From: Acidobacteriota bacterium
Lineage (GTDB): Bacteria; Acidobacteriota; UBA6911
Direction of reading: 5' to 3'
NCBI GenBank assembly: GCA_963664705.1
Contig: OY761556.1
Span: 2,912,001-2,976,000, forward strand
Length of the DNA: 64,000 bases
In this document: positions 20,396 through 28,435 of the stretch, one piece after another
How the letters are laid out: each line of letters begins with the position of its first letter
Position numbering within the stretch: position 1 is the stretch's first letter
Notes under the pieces: model-generated
What the model saw: only the letters and a program-made list of their open reading frames with translations
The model's database searches: none
Told to the model about the DNA's origin: nothing
Translations under genes and position numbers: made by a program

Positions 20396-20911
20396 ATGCG
20401 GAATATATGCTATATCCTAATCGTCTTTGTGTTCTGCTTATTGCCTGTCCATTTCATACTGGCTCAAGAAAACACTATGGCTGTAAACAATAATATTTAC
20501 GCCGTTTCCTTGAAGGTTGGGATAGAAGAGATGAAAAAGCAATGGGACCAAATCGATGATAGTATGGGTGGCGAACGCGTAAGAACTGATTACAAAGATG
20601 TCATAGTACAACAGGATACTTTTATTACCGGTCACCTCCCATCGATGCTCGGAGACAGCCGAATTCAGTATTTAGATCACGATCAGTTGATTGCAAGATT
20701 CAAGAAACTGAAAAAATGTTTTTCGAGTTTGGTGATTCAGCCAGCCGAAATTGACAACGATCGGATTAAGGTTACTGTTACCGTTTATTGGATCAGCTAC
20801 AAAAAGCGAATGCTGCAATGTGCTCTTTCAGATTGGAGCACTGCCTATTTTCGTTTCGATTGTAATGAACGCAAGTATGTTTTCGACAAGGTTGAATTGG
20901 GCGGTATCTGA
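20396..20911 (+). CDS. Secreted hypothetical protein
   Basis: GAGG RBS; signal peptide. Confidence 0.75.
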   Translation: MRNICYILIVFVFCLLPVHFILAQENTMAVNNNIYAVSLKVGIEEMKKQWDQIDDSMGGERVRTDYKDVIVQQDTFITGHLPSMLGDSRIQYLDHDQLIARFKKLKKCFSSLVIQPAEIDNDRIKVTVTVYWISYKKRMLQCALSDWSTAYFRFDCNERKYVFDKVELGGI

Positions 20912-20916
20912 ATCGG

Positions 20917-20946
20917 ATTCTTTCCCATAACGCGACTTCTCAGGAG
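20917..20946 (+). repeat. Palindromic boundary site, GAC class
   Basis: TTCTTTCCCATA-ACGCGAC-TTCTCAGGAG (spacer 20930-20936). Confidence 0.75.
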
Positions 20947-21041
20947 CCAGCGAGAAAATTGTGGATTTCCAGAACTCTTTGCGACCACCAAAGCATTTAT
21001 TTGATAGGTGACTGTGGCTTCTATTGTCGATACGGATTTGC

Positions 21042-21998
21042 TCAGGGGTGAATTACTGCGTATCGGAAGTCCATCTGCTCTCTTTCAATGCCCTGCGAAA
21101 CAATCTGGATCGCGTAGATGGTTTGAGTATCTTCGAGAGTCCGGGCCAAGATCGTTTGGCCGACTTCTACCTGAATGGATTGCTCTCCAGCCCAATTTAT
21201 GCGGGTCTCGTCACCATGGGGATCGAATAGACCATAGAACTTTGCCTTCAGCATCGTGCCCTTCAGTTTTGTGATCGGTACGTCACAATGAGCAAATGCC
21301 CAAAAGGGAGACCAGCGCGAACGCTCCATTTTTTCGAAATAAAAATAGCCTGTCTTACCTGGATTGCCCTGGCTCCATTGAAGCTTATTACCATTCAGGT
21401 CAAGCCAAACTGCCTGATTCCTACCGCCCTCTGTGCTAGCTTGACGTATTTCACCCAGCGTGATCGGACCTTTGGATTTGAACCACACGGATGTTCGATC
21501 GTCGACCGCTTTCTCCAGAAGCCGCTTTTCTGTGAGAATCCGCCGATATTCCTTATCGACTTCAAAGAGGTAGCGCGAGAAAACGATTTGGACTTGTTCC
21601 TTCAACACTTTGCTGTCCAGGTCGGAAAATCTGAAATTGGACGGCAATGGCACAACCGAGAGCTCGGGAACCGCCAGAAAATCGCTGCCCATTCTACTTC
21701 CGCCCAAGCTGGACAACATGTATATGCGGCCCTTTTGAATCGGGTATAGCGAAGCGATCCGCAGTTCACCAGGCTTTCGGTTGCCCTTGAGCACCTTCAC
21801 AACTTTGACCTTTGCCGCTTGGAGTCCATCGGTGTCGACGTCGACCTTCTCTGCCTCAATTGAGATGCATTCCGCTATGATGATATCCTGGGCCCGCGCG
21901 ATGTAGCTGTCAGTGTCTTCGAATAAGGTGACTTTGATTGCGAATAGGGAGGACGCGCTCAGGCACAGCATCAATGTCGAAATAAGCCCTTTTTGCAT
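21042..21998 (-). CDS. Secreted hypothetical protein
   Basis: 318 aa; signal peptide ending SLFA. Confidence 0.75.
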   Translation of the reverse strand: MQKGLISTLMLCLSASSLFAIKVTLFEDTDSYIARAQDIIIAECISIEAEKVDVDTDGLQAAKVKVVKVLKGNRKPGELRIASLYPIQKGRIYMLSSLGGSRMGSDFLAVPELSVVPLPSNFRFSDLDSKVLKEQVQIVFSRYLFEVDKEYRRILTEKRLLEKAVDDRTSVWFKSKGPITLGEIRQASTEGGRNQAVWLDLNGNKLQWSQGNPGKTGYFYFEKMERSRWSPFWAFAHCDVPITKLKGTMLKAKFYGLFDPHGDETRINWAGEQSIQVEVGQTILARTLEDTQTIYAIQIVSQGIEREQMDFRYAVIHP

Positions 21999-22194
21999 AG
22001 CCTTACCCCAATAAATCCACTCGCTTGAGACGAGTGCGAATTCCGTGTATCAGCATGGTTATGTTGTTAACGGACGTCTTGCCAATTTGATGCAAACACC
22101 CAGCAATTGTTCCGTTAAGAATAGCCCTGCTGTAATACTTTTGTTAGAAAAATTCGATTCCGCATGGAACGCTCAATTATCGGTGTGGCGGCGA

Positions 22195-22226
22195 GGCAAC
22201 TTCCTCGATTCCGACTTCCTGGGACT
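22195..22226 (+). repeat. Palindromic boundary site, GAC class
   Basis: GGCAACTTCCTCGA-TTCCGAC-TTCCTGGGAC (spacer 22209-22215). Confidence 0.75.
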
Positions 22227-22291
22227 AATCCGGCCGCAGTGCTAAAATGCTTTGTAAAAAGGCGGCTGCAATCTTGTTACCATAACGGATC

Positions 22292-23461
22292 ATGCTGATA
22301 CCTATGGCTGAAGAGCAATGCAATTATGAAAGACTCTCAGTGGCACAGCGAGCGGCTTTGCGCATCGTATCCGATCGCGCGTCCCTCCTGGAATCCCAGG
22401 CTTACTCCAAATTGCCATCGCTTTTGAGGAACTGCGGTTGTGTCGAGGGCATGTTTGATGAAGCCATGCAGAGCATCCGCGCGAATGCAAGAGTAGCCGT
22501 GCATTTTCATCCTGACCGATTCGGTTCAAAGCCGTTAACCGTTGCTGAATCTCTTCTGAATGAGGGGCTCTACCTGAATCAATTTGAGACAGGCCTGTCG
22601 AGTGGTGGACGATCCGCGTTTCCCGGCGGTGATCGAGATCGATGGGAGAGAGACCTTTTTGGCGGCGCCTATCATGCTCCGGGTGTAACGGCAGCTGAGC
22701 GACCAAAGTATGGAGCGCTGATGCTGGTGCGCCATCCGGACGGGCCAACACCGCGTTTTGGTTCCTGCTATTTCATTCTTCGGCAATCCGTCTCCAATCG
22801 TTGCACGTTCACATTTTCAGGGAGTGAGCAAGCACTTGCGATTAAGCGTCTTGGGACCATGGAAAAGATGCTTAGCGTGATGGTGGCGTTACTGAGCGAA
22901 GTGGCGAGTGGTGAGGGCACAAAAGTTCCCTGGCCGCCATACGTAACCTCGACATTGGGCATTGAAAGCGTGACCATCGCTCAACTCCTCAATGTTTTTT
23001 GTCGGGATTTGTCCCTTCCCCCGACGGATCCTTCTACGGGAAAACCGGGACGCGTGCTGGATTCATGCGTTGAAGCGCAGGTTCATGGACCGATCGATTT
23101 GCGCTGTGACATTGAACAGCTTGTCGTTGACCCATCATTTGATGGAACTCCGATCGGAGAGACACTGATCGAAATCTCTCGAAAATACGATATTCCGATC
23201 CAGTATCATTGCGGATTTCAGCTTTCCATTCATGATGTCCCTGACAATTTTCGAGGCCCTGAAATGCCACGGCTTGCACGACGAATTGCGCTGAAGGGAC
23301 TAATGAATGCAGCCGTAATCGGTGCTGCCGAGGCCACTCTATGCTGGAAGCCTGAAACCTGGCAAGACTGGGGATCCTATGAGGAATCATTGCAACATCT
23401 AAAACAGCTCTGGCATGTGGTGGTGCACTATGGGAGCCCGCAACAGCAAGACAGTGCCTGA
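22292..23461 (+). CDS. DUF3626 domain protein
   Basis: HFHPDR, NQFETGLSSG, ERPKYGAL, PRFGSCY, EAQVHG, LKQLWHVVV. Confidence 0.85.
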   Translation: MLIPMAEEQCNYERLSVAQRAALRIVSDRASLLESQAYSKLPSLLRNCGCVEGMFDEAMQSIRANARVAVHFHPDRFGSKPLTVAESLLNEGLYLNQFETGLSSGGRSAFPGGDRDRWERDLFGGAYHAPGVTAAERPKYGALMLVRHPDGPTPRFGSCYFILRQSVSNRCTFTFSGSEQALAIKRLGTMEKMLSVMVALLSEVASGEGTKVPWPPYVTSTLGIESVTIAQLLNVFCRDLSLPPTDPSTGKPGRVLDSCVEAQVHGPIDLRCDIEQLVVDPSFDGTPIGETLIEISRKYDIPIQYHCGFQLSIHDVPDNFRGPEMPRLARRIALKGLMNAAVIGAAEATLCWKPETWQDWGSYEESLQHLKQLWHVVVHYGSPQQQDSA

Positions 23462-23490
23462 CATCACCTAGTGGGTAAACCGATTTGAAT

Positions 23491-23523
23491 TTCTAATAAA
23501 CGGCAATCGCAGAGACGGCACAA
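23491..23523 (-). repeat. Palindromic boundary site, CGT class
   Basis: Plus strand TTCTAATAA-ACGGCAA-TCGCAGAGACGGCACAA (spacer 23500-23506). Confidence 0.6.
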
Positions 23524-23533
23524 TCAAGGCTTC

Positions 23534-23576
23534 TTTACATTTTGGCGTCATCTCCCACAATGCGACTTCCTGGGAC
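23534..23576 (+). repeat. Palindromic boundary site, GAC class (closest to consensus)
   Basis: TTTACATTTTGGCGTCATCTCCCACA-ATGCGAC-TTCCTGGGAC (spacer 23560-23566). Confidence 0.85.
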
Positions 23577-23645
23577 TTTCGAACATTTTTCCAATTTGGG
23601 TAGGCATTATTGGGCCTTTTACGTTCTTGTCATCAGGAACCCGTG

Positions 23646-23676
23646 ATGTAATCCCAGATCCGGACTCTATTGGGAC
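23646..23676 (+). repeat. Palindromic boundary site, GAC class
   Basis: GTAATCCCAGA-TCCGGAC-TCTATTGGGAC (spacer 23659-23665). Confidence 0.6.
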
Positions 23677-23734
23677 TGTTTGAAATTAACACGTTTGATC
23701 CCGTGAGAAGCCGTTCTTATTTGCAGGAGCACAA

Positions 23735-24361
23735 ATGAACCGAATTCACCCTGTCGTGATTGCTTTTGCAGCCTTAATGTTTGCATATTGTCTTTGTGCA
23801 TTTGCGGGGGCTCCATTTCCAATGATTAGAGCAAGTAGTTCAAGCAATGGAAAGTTCCTCGTAATTGCGGAATACCAATATGAGAATCCCGCTGAAACAA
23901 TAAGACGGATCAACAAAATCATTTATCACGTGGATCAAAGGGAAGACTTCATTAATGATCAGTTCACAACCCTAGCTGCATACTGGTCGGATTCAGGGTC
24001 TTGGAATGTCCACCTCGATTGGCCTAAAGGAGTAATGGGAGGGCTATTGCCTTACATTTCCGATGATGGAGAGATTTTAGTTTTTATATCAGTTACGCCG
24101 CCCTTTTCGGGTATAGAGATTTTAAAAATTTATCGAAAAGACGGAAATCAAGGTGCGATGCTTAAGGCTTATCAGCTGAAGGATATTTGGACACCAGCGG
24201 AGATGAACTCACACGCTGATCTTATTTCCAATGGCCGACCATTATGGTTTACAGGGGGAAGTTTCAGTTTTTCGTCAGACAATCAGCAATTTATTCATAA
24301 GACTCCGTGGGGAAAAATAATTCGCATCAATTTGCAGGACGGTTCTGTTTCTAGAGAATAA
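23735..24361 (+). CDS. Secreted hypothetical protein (beta-propeller-like)
   Basis: AGGAG RBS; signal peptide; SSNGKF, ISDDGE and FSSDNQ blade-like motifs. Confidence 0.75.
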   Translation: MNRIHPVVIAFAALMFAYCLCAFAGAPFPMIRASSSSNGKFLVIAEYQYENPAETIRRINKIIYHVDQREDFINDQFTTLAAYWSDSGSWNVHLDWPKGVMGGLLPYISDDGEILVFISVTPPFSGIEILKIYRKDGNQGAMLKAYQLKDIWTPAEMNSHADLISNGRPLWFTGGSFSFSSDNQQFIHKTPWGKIIRINLQDGSVSRE

Positions 24362-24395
24362 ATCTGAGTAGCCATTTGAGGGCAGTGATTAACCA

Positions 24396-24428
24396 TTTGG
24401 CGTTATCTCCCACAACGCGACTTCAGGA
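24396..24428 (+). repeat. Palindromic boundary site, GAC class
   Basis: TTTGGCGTTATCTCCCACA-ACGCGAC-TTCAGGA (spacer 24415-24421). Confidence 0.85.
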
Positions 24429-24509
24429 TAAGAGCTTTCTTCCCAATCACTATTATGTTAGGCCAGGCAAGTTATATAATGACTGCACTCGGAGCAGACA
24501 GGAGTTGTT

Positions 24510-24677
24510 ATGAATACTGCACTTCTTTTTGTCGCAATGATAGGAAGTTCGGTTGCGACTGCTTGCGTTGCCGCAGCAAAACATAGGAGTGTCATTTTGT
24601 GGACGATTATAAGTTTAACTATTCCAATCCTGCCCTTGATCGTAGTACTCATCTTGCCAAGCAAGACTTCCGGATAA
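24510..24677 (+). CDS. 55-aa small membrane protein (not in the ORF track)
   Basis: AGGAG RBS; MNTALLFVAMIGSSVATACVAAAKHRSVILWTIISLTIPILPLIVVLILPSKTSG*. Confidence 0.7.
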   Translation: MNTALLFVAMIGSSVATACVAAAKHRSVILWTIISLTIPILPLIVVLILPSKTSG

Positions 24678-24684
24678 ACGGCCA
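24669..24684 (-). repeat. Partial boundary site, CGT class; arm contains a stop codon
   Basis: Plus strand TCCGGATAA-ACGGCCA (spacer 24678-24684). Confidence 0.5.
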
Positions 24685-24713
24685 GAACCGACGCAAGGAG
24701 GAGGAATTTGCAT

Positions 24714-24753
24714 TGTGGCGTTATGTCCTCGAATCGGACTACAGGACAATTAC
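24714..24753 (+). repeat. Palindromic boundary site, GAC class
   Basis: TGTGGCGTTATGTCCTCGA-ATCGGAC-TACAGGACAATTAC (spacer 24733-24739). Confidence 0.8.
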
Positions 24754-24781
24754 ATCCGGATTTCGGGACAGTTTAATTGAC

Positions 24782-25270
24782 TTATTTATCACTACGTATA
24801 TTTCTTCTGAAATAATATAGGTGAGGTTCTTTCGGATTGCGACCAAACTCAAATCCATCCTGGAAACGTGTTATCGGGCCGTATGATGAAAATGTGTTCA
24901 TGAAATAAATTCCTTCTTCAATGCCATCCCGGAGATTTAACACAATAGCTACATTTAACCGATGATTGTAGACTCGCACCGGCTTTAGTTCCTTTATGGC
25001 ATCAGACCAGCAAACGGATGGAATCTCGAATTCGCCCTTGTCAAAGAATTCTGGAGGAGACCATGCTTTTCCTGTCGACGGGAGCAAGTTTTCACACTTA
25101 CTGTTGCTTTCGAAAGCGGCTGCCCTTATTTCGTTAATGCTTCGATTCGATTTCAGAATTATGTGGCTGAAGCCAACTGCGCTTGTTATCAGTTCCTGAG
25201 AAAAGACGGCCATGCCAACAATGAGAATAATTAAAAGCAACGACGCCACGCATATTAGATAATTTTTCAT
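24782..25270 (-). CDS. Hypothetical membrane-anchored or exported protein
   Basis: GGAGG RBS before the ATG at 25270; hydrophobic N-terminus. Confidence 0.7.
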   Translation of the reverse strand: MKNYLICVASLLLIILIVGMAVFSQELITSAVGFSHIILKSNRSINEIRAAAFESNSKCENLLPSTGKAWSPPEFFDKGEFEIPSVCWSDAIKELKPVRVYNHRLNVAIVLNLRDGIEEGIYFMNTFSSYGPITRFQDGFEFGRNPKEPHLYYFRRNIRSDK

Positions 25271-25479
25271 AGAATGCCTCCATTGGCATGGAGCATTTTC
25301 AGCAGTCAATGGAATTTTCCATTGTGTTTATGCATCCCAGCAATTGTGTCCATTATATACAAAGTTAGAGGTTATCCCGATCAATATATTCGACAACTCC
25401 TCGCCGAGGAGCATTTGCTATCATATGTATTAAGAACGATTTGTGGCATTTTATGGCGCTTACTGGCCTGAAACGGGAA

Positions 25480-25729
25480 TTAACCGGCCAATATTGCACG
25501 TATTATGGAATTTCCCCATGAGATTTGGATAGGAAATCAGCTAAATAGCTTGTCCCATATTCTTCTTTTTTCTTCTTCAGATTTGATGCGAGCGGCTTAT
25601 TTACAGGGTGCTGCGACCAGCAAAAATGCGGGCCTACTTATCCACACATATTGGTTCTTGATCGTGTTATAGTCAAAGAAGCAATAGACTTCGCATACCC
25701 TGAAAAACTGGCAGAGATTGGCCGGTTAA
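25480..25729 (+). mobile_element. 250-bp non-autonomous relative of the dual-recombinase element, inserted into a CGT-class site
   Basis: Ends TTAACCGGCCAAT / ATTGGCCGGTTAA; both subterminal regions resemble the two ends of 14841-18284; flanked by ACGGGAA and ACGGCAA. Confidence 0.8.
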
Positions 25730-25758
25730 ACGGCAATGTGGGAAACTGTAAATTTCTG

Positions 25759-26022
25759 TTAATTAATCAGGTCTTTTACTTTTTGCCATTCGGATATTGC
25801 TGCCGCACAGACGTCATCAACGGGCCACATTTGCCCCCAGAGACGATCATGCCTTGTTGCGGCTTCCATAACCAATTCTATGTTGGCTCCCGTATTTACC
25901 AAAGCCAGTAAGACTGCCGAATCGGCAAGAAGTATCCGAAAAATTTGCCTGTCTTCAGCTTGGTGAGTCTTGTTTGCGGCTTGATCGAGGCTGATGATGT
26001 ACTGCGCAATCTTTCGTCTCAT
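25759..26022 (-). CDS. Hypothetical protein
   Basis: 87-aa ORF between two CGT-class sites. Confidence 0.55.
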   Translation of the reverse strand: MRRKIAQYIISLDQAANKTHQAEDRQIFRILLADSAVLLALVNTGANIELVMEAATRHDRLWGQMWPVDDVCAAAISEWQKVKDLIN

Positions 26023-26143
26023 ATTCTTTGCTTTCTAGCAGTAACCTCGCCGTTTTTATGTCAATTGGCTGCAAATAATGTCCTCGATTCAGAGGCATGA
26101 ATCAATGCGAAAACAAACAATTGGAATCATTCAAAGGGCATAG

Positions 26144-26174
26144 ATCCCAAGAAACGGCAATGTGGGAAGTAACC
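26144..26174 (-). repeat. Palindromic boundary site, CGT class
   Basis: Plus strand ATCCCAAGAA-ACGGCAA-TGTGGGAAGTAACC; 17 nt are identical to 25728-25744. Confidence 0.8.
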
Positions 26175-26223
26175 GGCTCCGGCGGGCATTGTGGAGTTAA
26201 TTGTGATTCCGGGACGGTAGTTT

Positions 26224-26538
26224 TCAAGCAGCGTCAATATTCACTCTCATCTTCAGACCTGCTTCATCAATAAGTTCCTGGAGTGAAAGGCGCACGAATT
26301 GCTCCGGACTGCGGCCCAGAATCTTGGCGAAGCGCGCGGCCCGTTCTGCGCCTACAACCTTGCGGCCTTTTTCGATGTCGCAAAGGTGCGAAGGGGAAAC
26401 GCCGAGTTTGCGAGCAAAGGCAGTTTGAGACATTTCCTCACCCAGGCGGATCGACTCTATAAGCCCCCCTAGGGTTAGCGGCCTACCGGCAACCCGTTCC
26501 AAATATTTCATTGTGTTGCTTTTTGTTTTAGTACGCAT
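26224..26538 (-). CDS. XRE-family HTH antitoxin (HigA-like)
   Basis: MSQTAFARKLGVSPSHLCDIEKGRK; start overlaps the end of the toxin gene. Confidence 0.85.
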   Translation of the reverse strand: MRTKTKSNTMKYLERVAGRPLTLGGLIESIRLGEEMSQTAFARKLGVSPSHLCDIEKGRKVVGAERAARFAKILGRSPEQFVRLSLQELIDEAGLKMRVNIDAA

Positions 26539-26771
26539 GCTTTGAAATCTCCTCCACCGAAACAAATTCGATAGAACCGTTGTCATACACTCGATAAATA
26601 GCCCTGTATGCTCGGCTCAATCGGATAGATCGCTGCCCCATTCGGTTGCCATGCAGGGGCTCGTCATGATAGACATAATGGAGTGATCGGTCTCTAGCAT
26701 GTAATATCGTGGGTTACAGCTGAAGTCGTGGTGACGAAGCTGCAGAGCCATAAAACATGAGGAGACCGATC

Positions 26772-27866
26772 ATGGCAGATTGTATCACTTGGGTAGGGAT
26801 GGATGATTCAGCAAAAAAGATAAACGTCGCAATTTTTCGCGGGCAGGAAAGTAACCCTCGAGAAGAACTTGTTGTATCAAACGACAGTACGGGGCTGGGT
26901 CGGTTAGCGAAAAAGCTAAGGGCATTTGAAGATGATGTACGGTGCGTCTACGAAGCGGGCGTTAATGGATACTATTTGCAGCGCTATTTGGCCAAACATG
27001 GGATTTCTTGTGAGGTTGCGGCCCCTTCGTTGACTCCGAGACGAGCGGGGAAAAAAGTAAAAACGGATAAGCTGGATGCGAAAGCCTTGGGCAAATTGTA
27101 CCGAGCGGGAGAACTAACATGTATTGTGATCCCGCAAAAAGAACAGGAAAGTCTGCGAGATCTGGTGCGTGCGCGAGAAGACGCATTGGAAGACCAGCAG
27201 CGAGCACGGCATCGATTAGCACGGTTTCTGATGCGACGTGGATTGAAATATCCGCAGGGCAAGAACTGGTCGCTTGGGCACCTAAAGTGGATTAAGAGCC
27301 TTGTGTTTGAGGATGATGGGGATCAAACAGTACTGGAGGAATATCGACAGGCGCTTGAGCAACAGACGGAGCGGTTGAAAACATTCCAGGGAAAAATCGA
27401 GGAAGTTGCAAAACAGCCGAACTATCAAAAGCGAGTCAGCTATTTGATGGCGCTAAAAGGCGTTCAGGTTCTGACGGCGATGACGATTATCGCAGAAGCG
27501 CTCGATTTAAGACGGTTCGTTGATGCGCCTTCGTTTATGGCCGCTATTGGGGTGGTGCCTTCGGAAAGCAGCTCAGGTGAACTTGAAAGACGGGGAAGGA
27601 TAACCAAAACGGGAAACAGCCACCTACGTAGGGTGCTGATCGAAAGCGCCTGGCACTACCGTCATTCTTCAGTAGCTGGCAAAACTCTCAAGAAACGACG
27701 AGAGTGTTTGCCGGCAGAAGTTATCGAGATTGCACAACGTTGCGATAAGCGATTGAATCAAAAATTCCGACGCATGCTCAACCGAGGGAAAGAAAGACAA
27801 AAGATCGCGGTTGCGGTAAGTCGAGAATTGGCAGGATTTATCTGGGCTATCGGTCGTGTTGCATGA
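26772..27866 (+). CDS. IS110 family DEDD recombinase/transposase
   Basis: VGMD, YEAG, KTDKLDA, ESSSG..RGRITKTGNSHLRRVLIESAW; GAGGAG RBS. Confidence 0.95.
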   Translation: MADCITWVGMDDSAKKINVAIFRGQESNPREELVVSNDSTGLGRLAKKLRAFEDDVRCVYEAGVNGYYLQRYLAKHGISCEVAAPSLTPRRAGKKVKTDKLDAKALGKLYRAGELTCIVIPQKEQESLRDLVRAREDALEDQQRARHRLARFLMRRGLKYPQGKNWSLGHLKWIKSLVFEDDGDQTVLEEYRQALEQQTERLKTFQGKIEEVAKQPNYQKRVSYLMALKGVQVLTAMTIIAEALDLRRFVDAPSFMAAIGVVPSESSSGELERRGRITKTGNSHLRRVLIESAWHYRHSSVAGKTLKKRRECLPAEVIEIAQRCDKRLNQKFRRMLNRGKERQKIAVAVSRELAGFIWAIGRVA

Positions 27867-27929
27867 CATAAGGCACCAGCTCTTGCAGCTATTTTGTTCT
27901 TCAATGGATTAATAACGGAAACATTCGGT

Positions 27930-28125
27930 TAGTGAACGGAACAGGAGATCGAGTTCCAGGCTTCGAAAGGAGAAACCTCGACCTGGCTATGTTGGTATGG
28001 GAAACCAGAATCCACGGAAGTAGAGTGAGGCCGCTCCCGATGAATCAGTTGTCATGCGTGCTTATCGACCCGCGAATATCAGATTGATTATCGTCGCTGT
28101 TGCCAACTCGATCCCCTGTTCTTTT
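27930..28125 (+). ncRNA. Putative bridge/seek RNA of the IS1111 element (boundaries approximate)
   Basis: 3' NCR contains ACCTGGCTAT (matches the target) and ATATCAGA (matches the circle junction); framed by pairing AACAGGAGATCGAGTT / AACTCGATCCCCTGTT. Confidence 0.7.
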
Positions 28126-28435
28126 TACTGGCTGATTTATTTATGAACCGAAGAAAACCAAAATGAACGAACAAGGAACGGATTGATTGTACTTGACCGA
28201 TCACTCCATATCAGCCAGGTATTTTTCTCACCTCTTCGAGTCCACGCTCCTCAACATCTTCCACCCAGGCGGCGAGGTTTTCCACGATGTGACGTGGTAC
28301 CGTTTGCAGCTGCTTACGCGCTCGCTTGCTTAGCTCCACCTGCAATATCATATCGATTCTAGTTATACACCTGTCAGGTGAATGTGTCTATCAAGTATTT
28401 GAATGCTTGCTTTTTCAAGTGGGAAATGAGGATGA

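Larger units (their letters stand above)
26671..28212 (+). mobile_element. IS110 family, IS1111-type insertion sequence
   Basis: 15-bp subterminal IRs ATGGAGTGATCGGTC (26678-26692) and GACCGATCACTCCAT (28195-28209); AG core at both junctions; long 3' non-coding region. Confidence 0.92.
26528..28351 (-). pseudogene. RelE/HigB-like toxin gene split by an IS110-family insertion
   Basis: Joining 28351-28215 with 26672-26528 gives a 93-aa ORF MILQVELSKRARKQL...VRKIPG|YHDEPLHGNRMGQRSIRLSRAYRAIY...EEISKHAY*. Confidence 0.9.

Noticed and set aside
24648-24675. Apparent plus-strand GAC site (GCAAGAC-TTCCGGA)
   Set aside because: It lies inside the 55-aa ORF with a poor L-arm and is better explained as the reversed arm of the CGT site at 24678
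25638-25646. Perfect DnaA box TTATCCACA inside the mini-element
   Set aside because: A single isolated 9-mer with no counterpart seen in the large element
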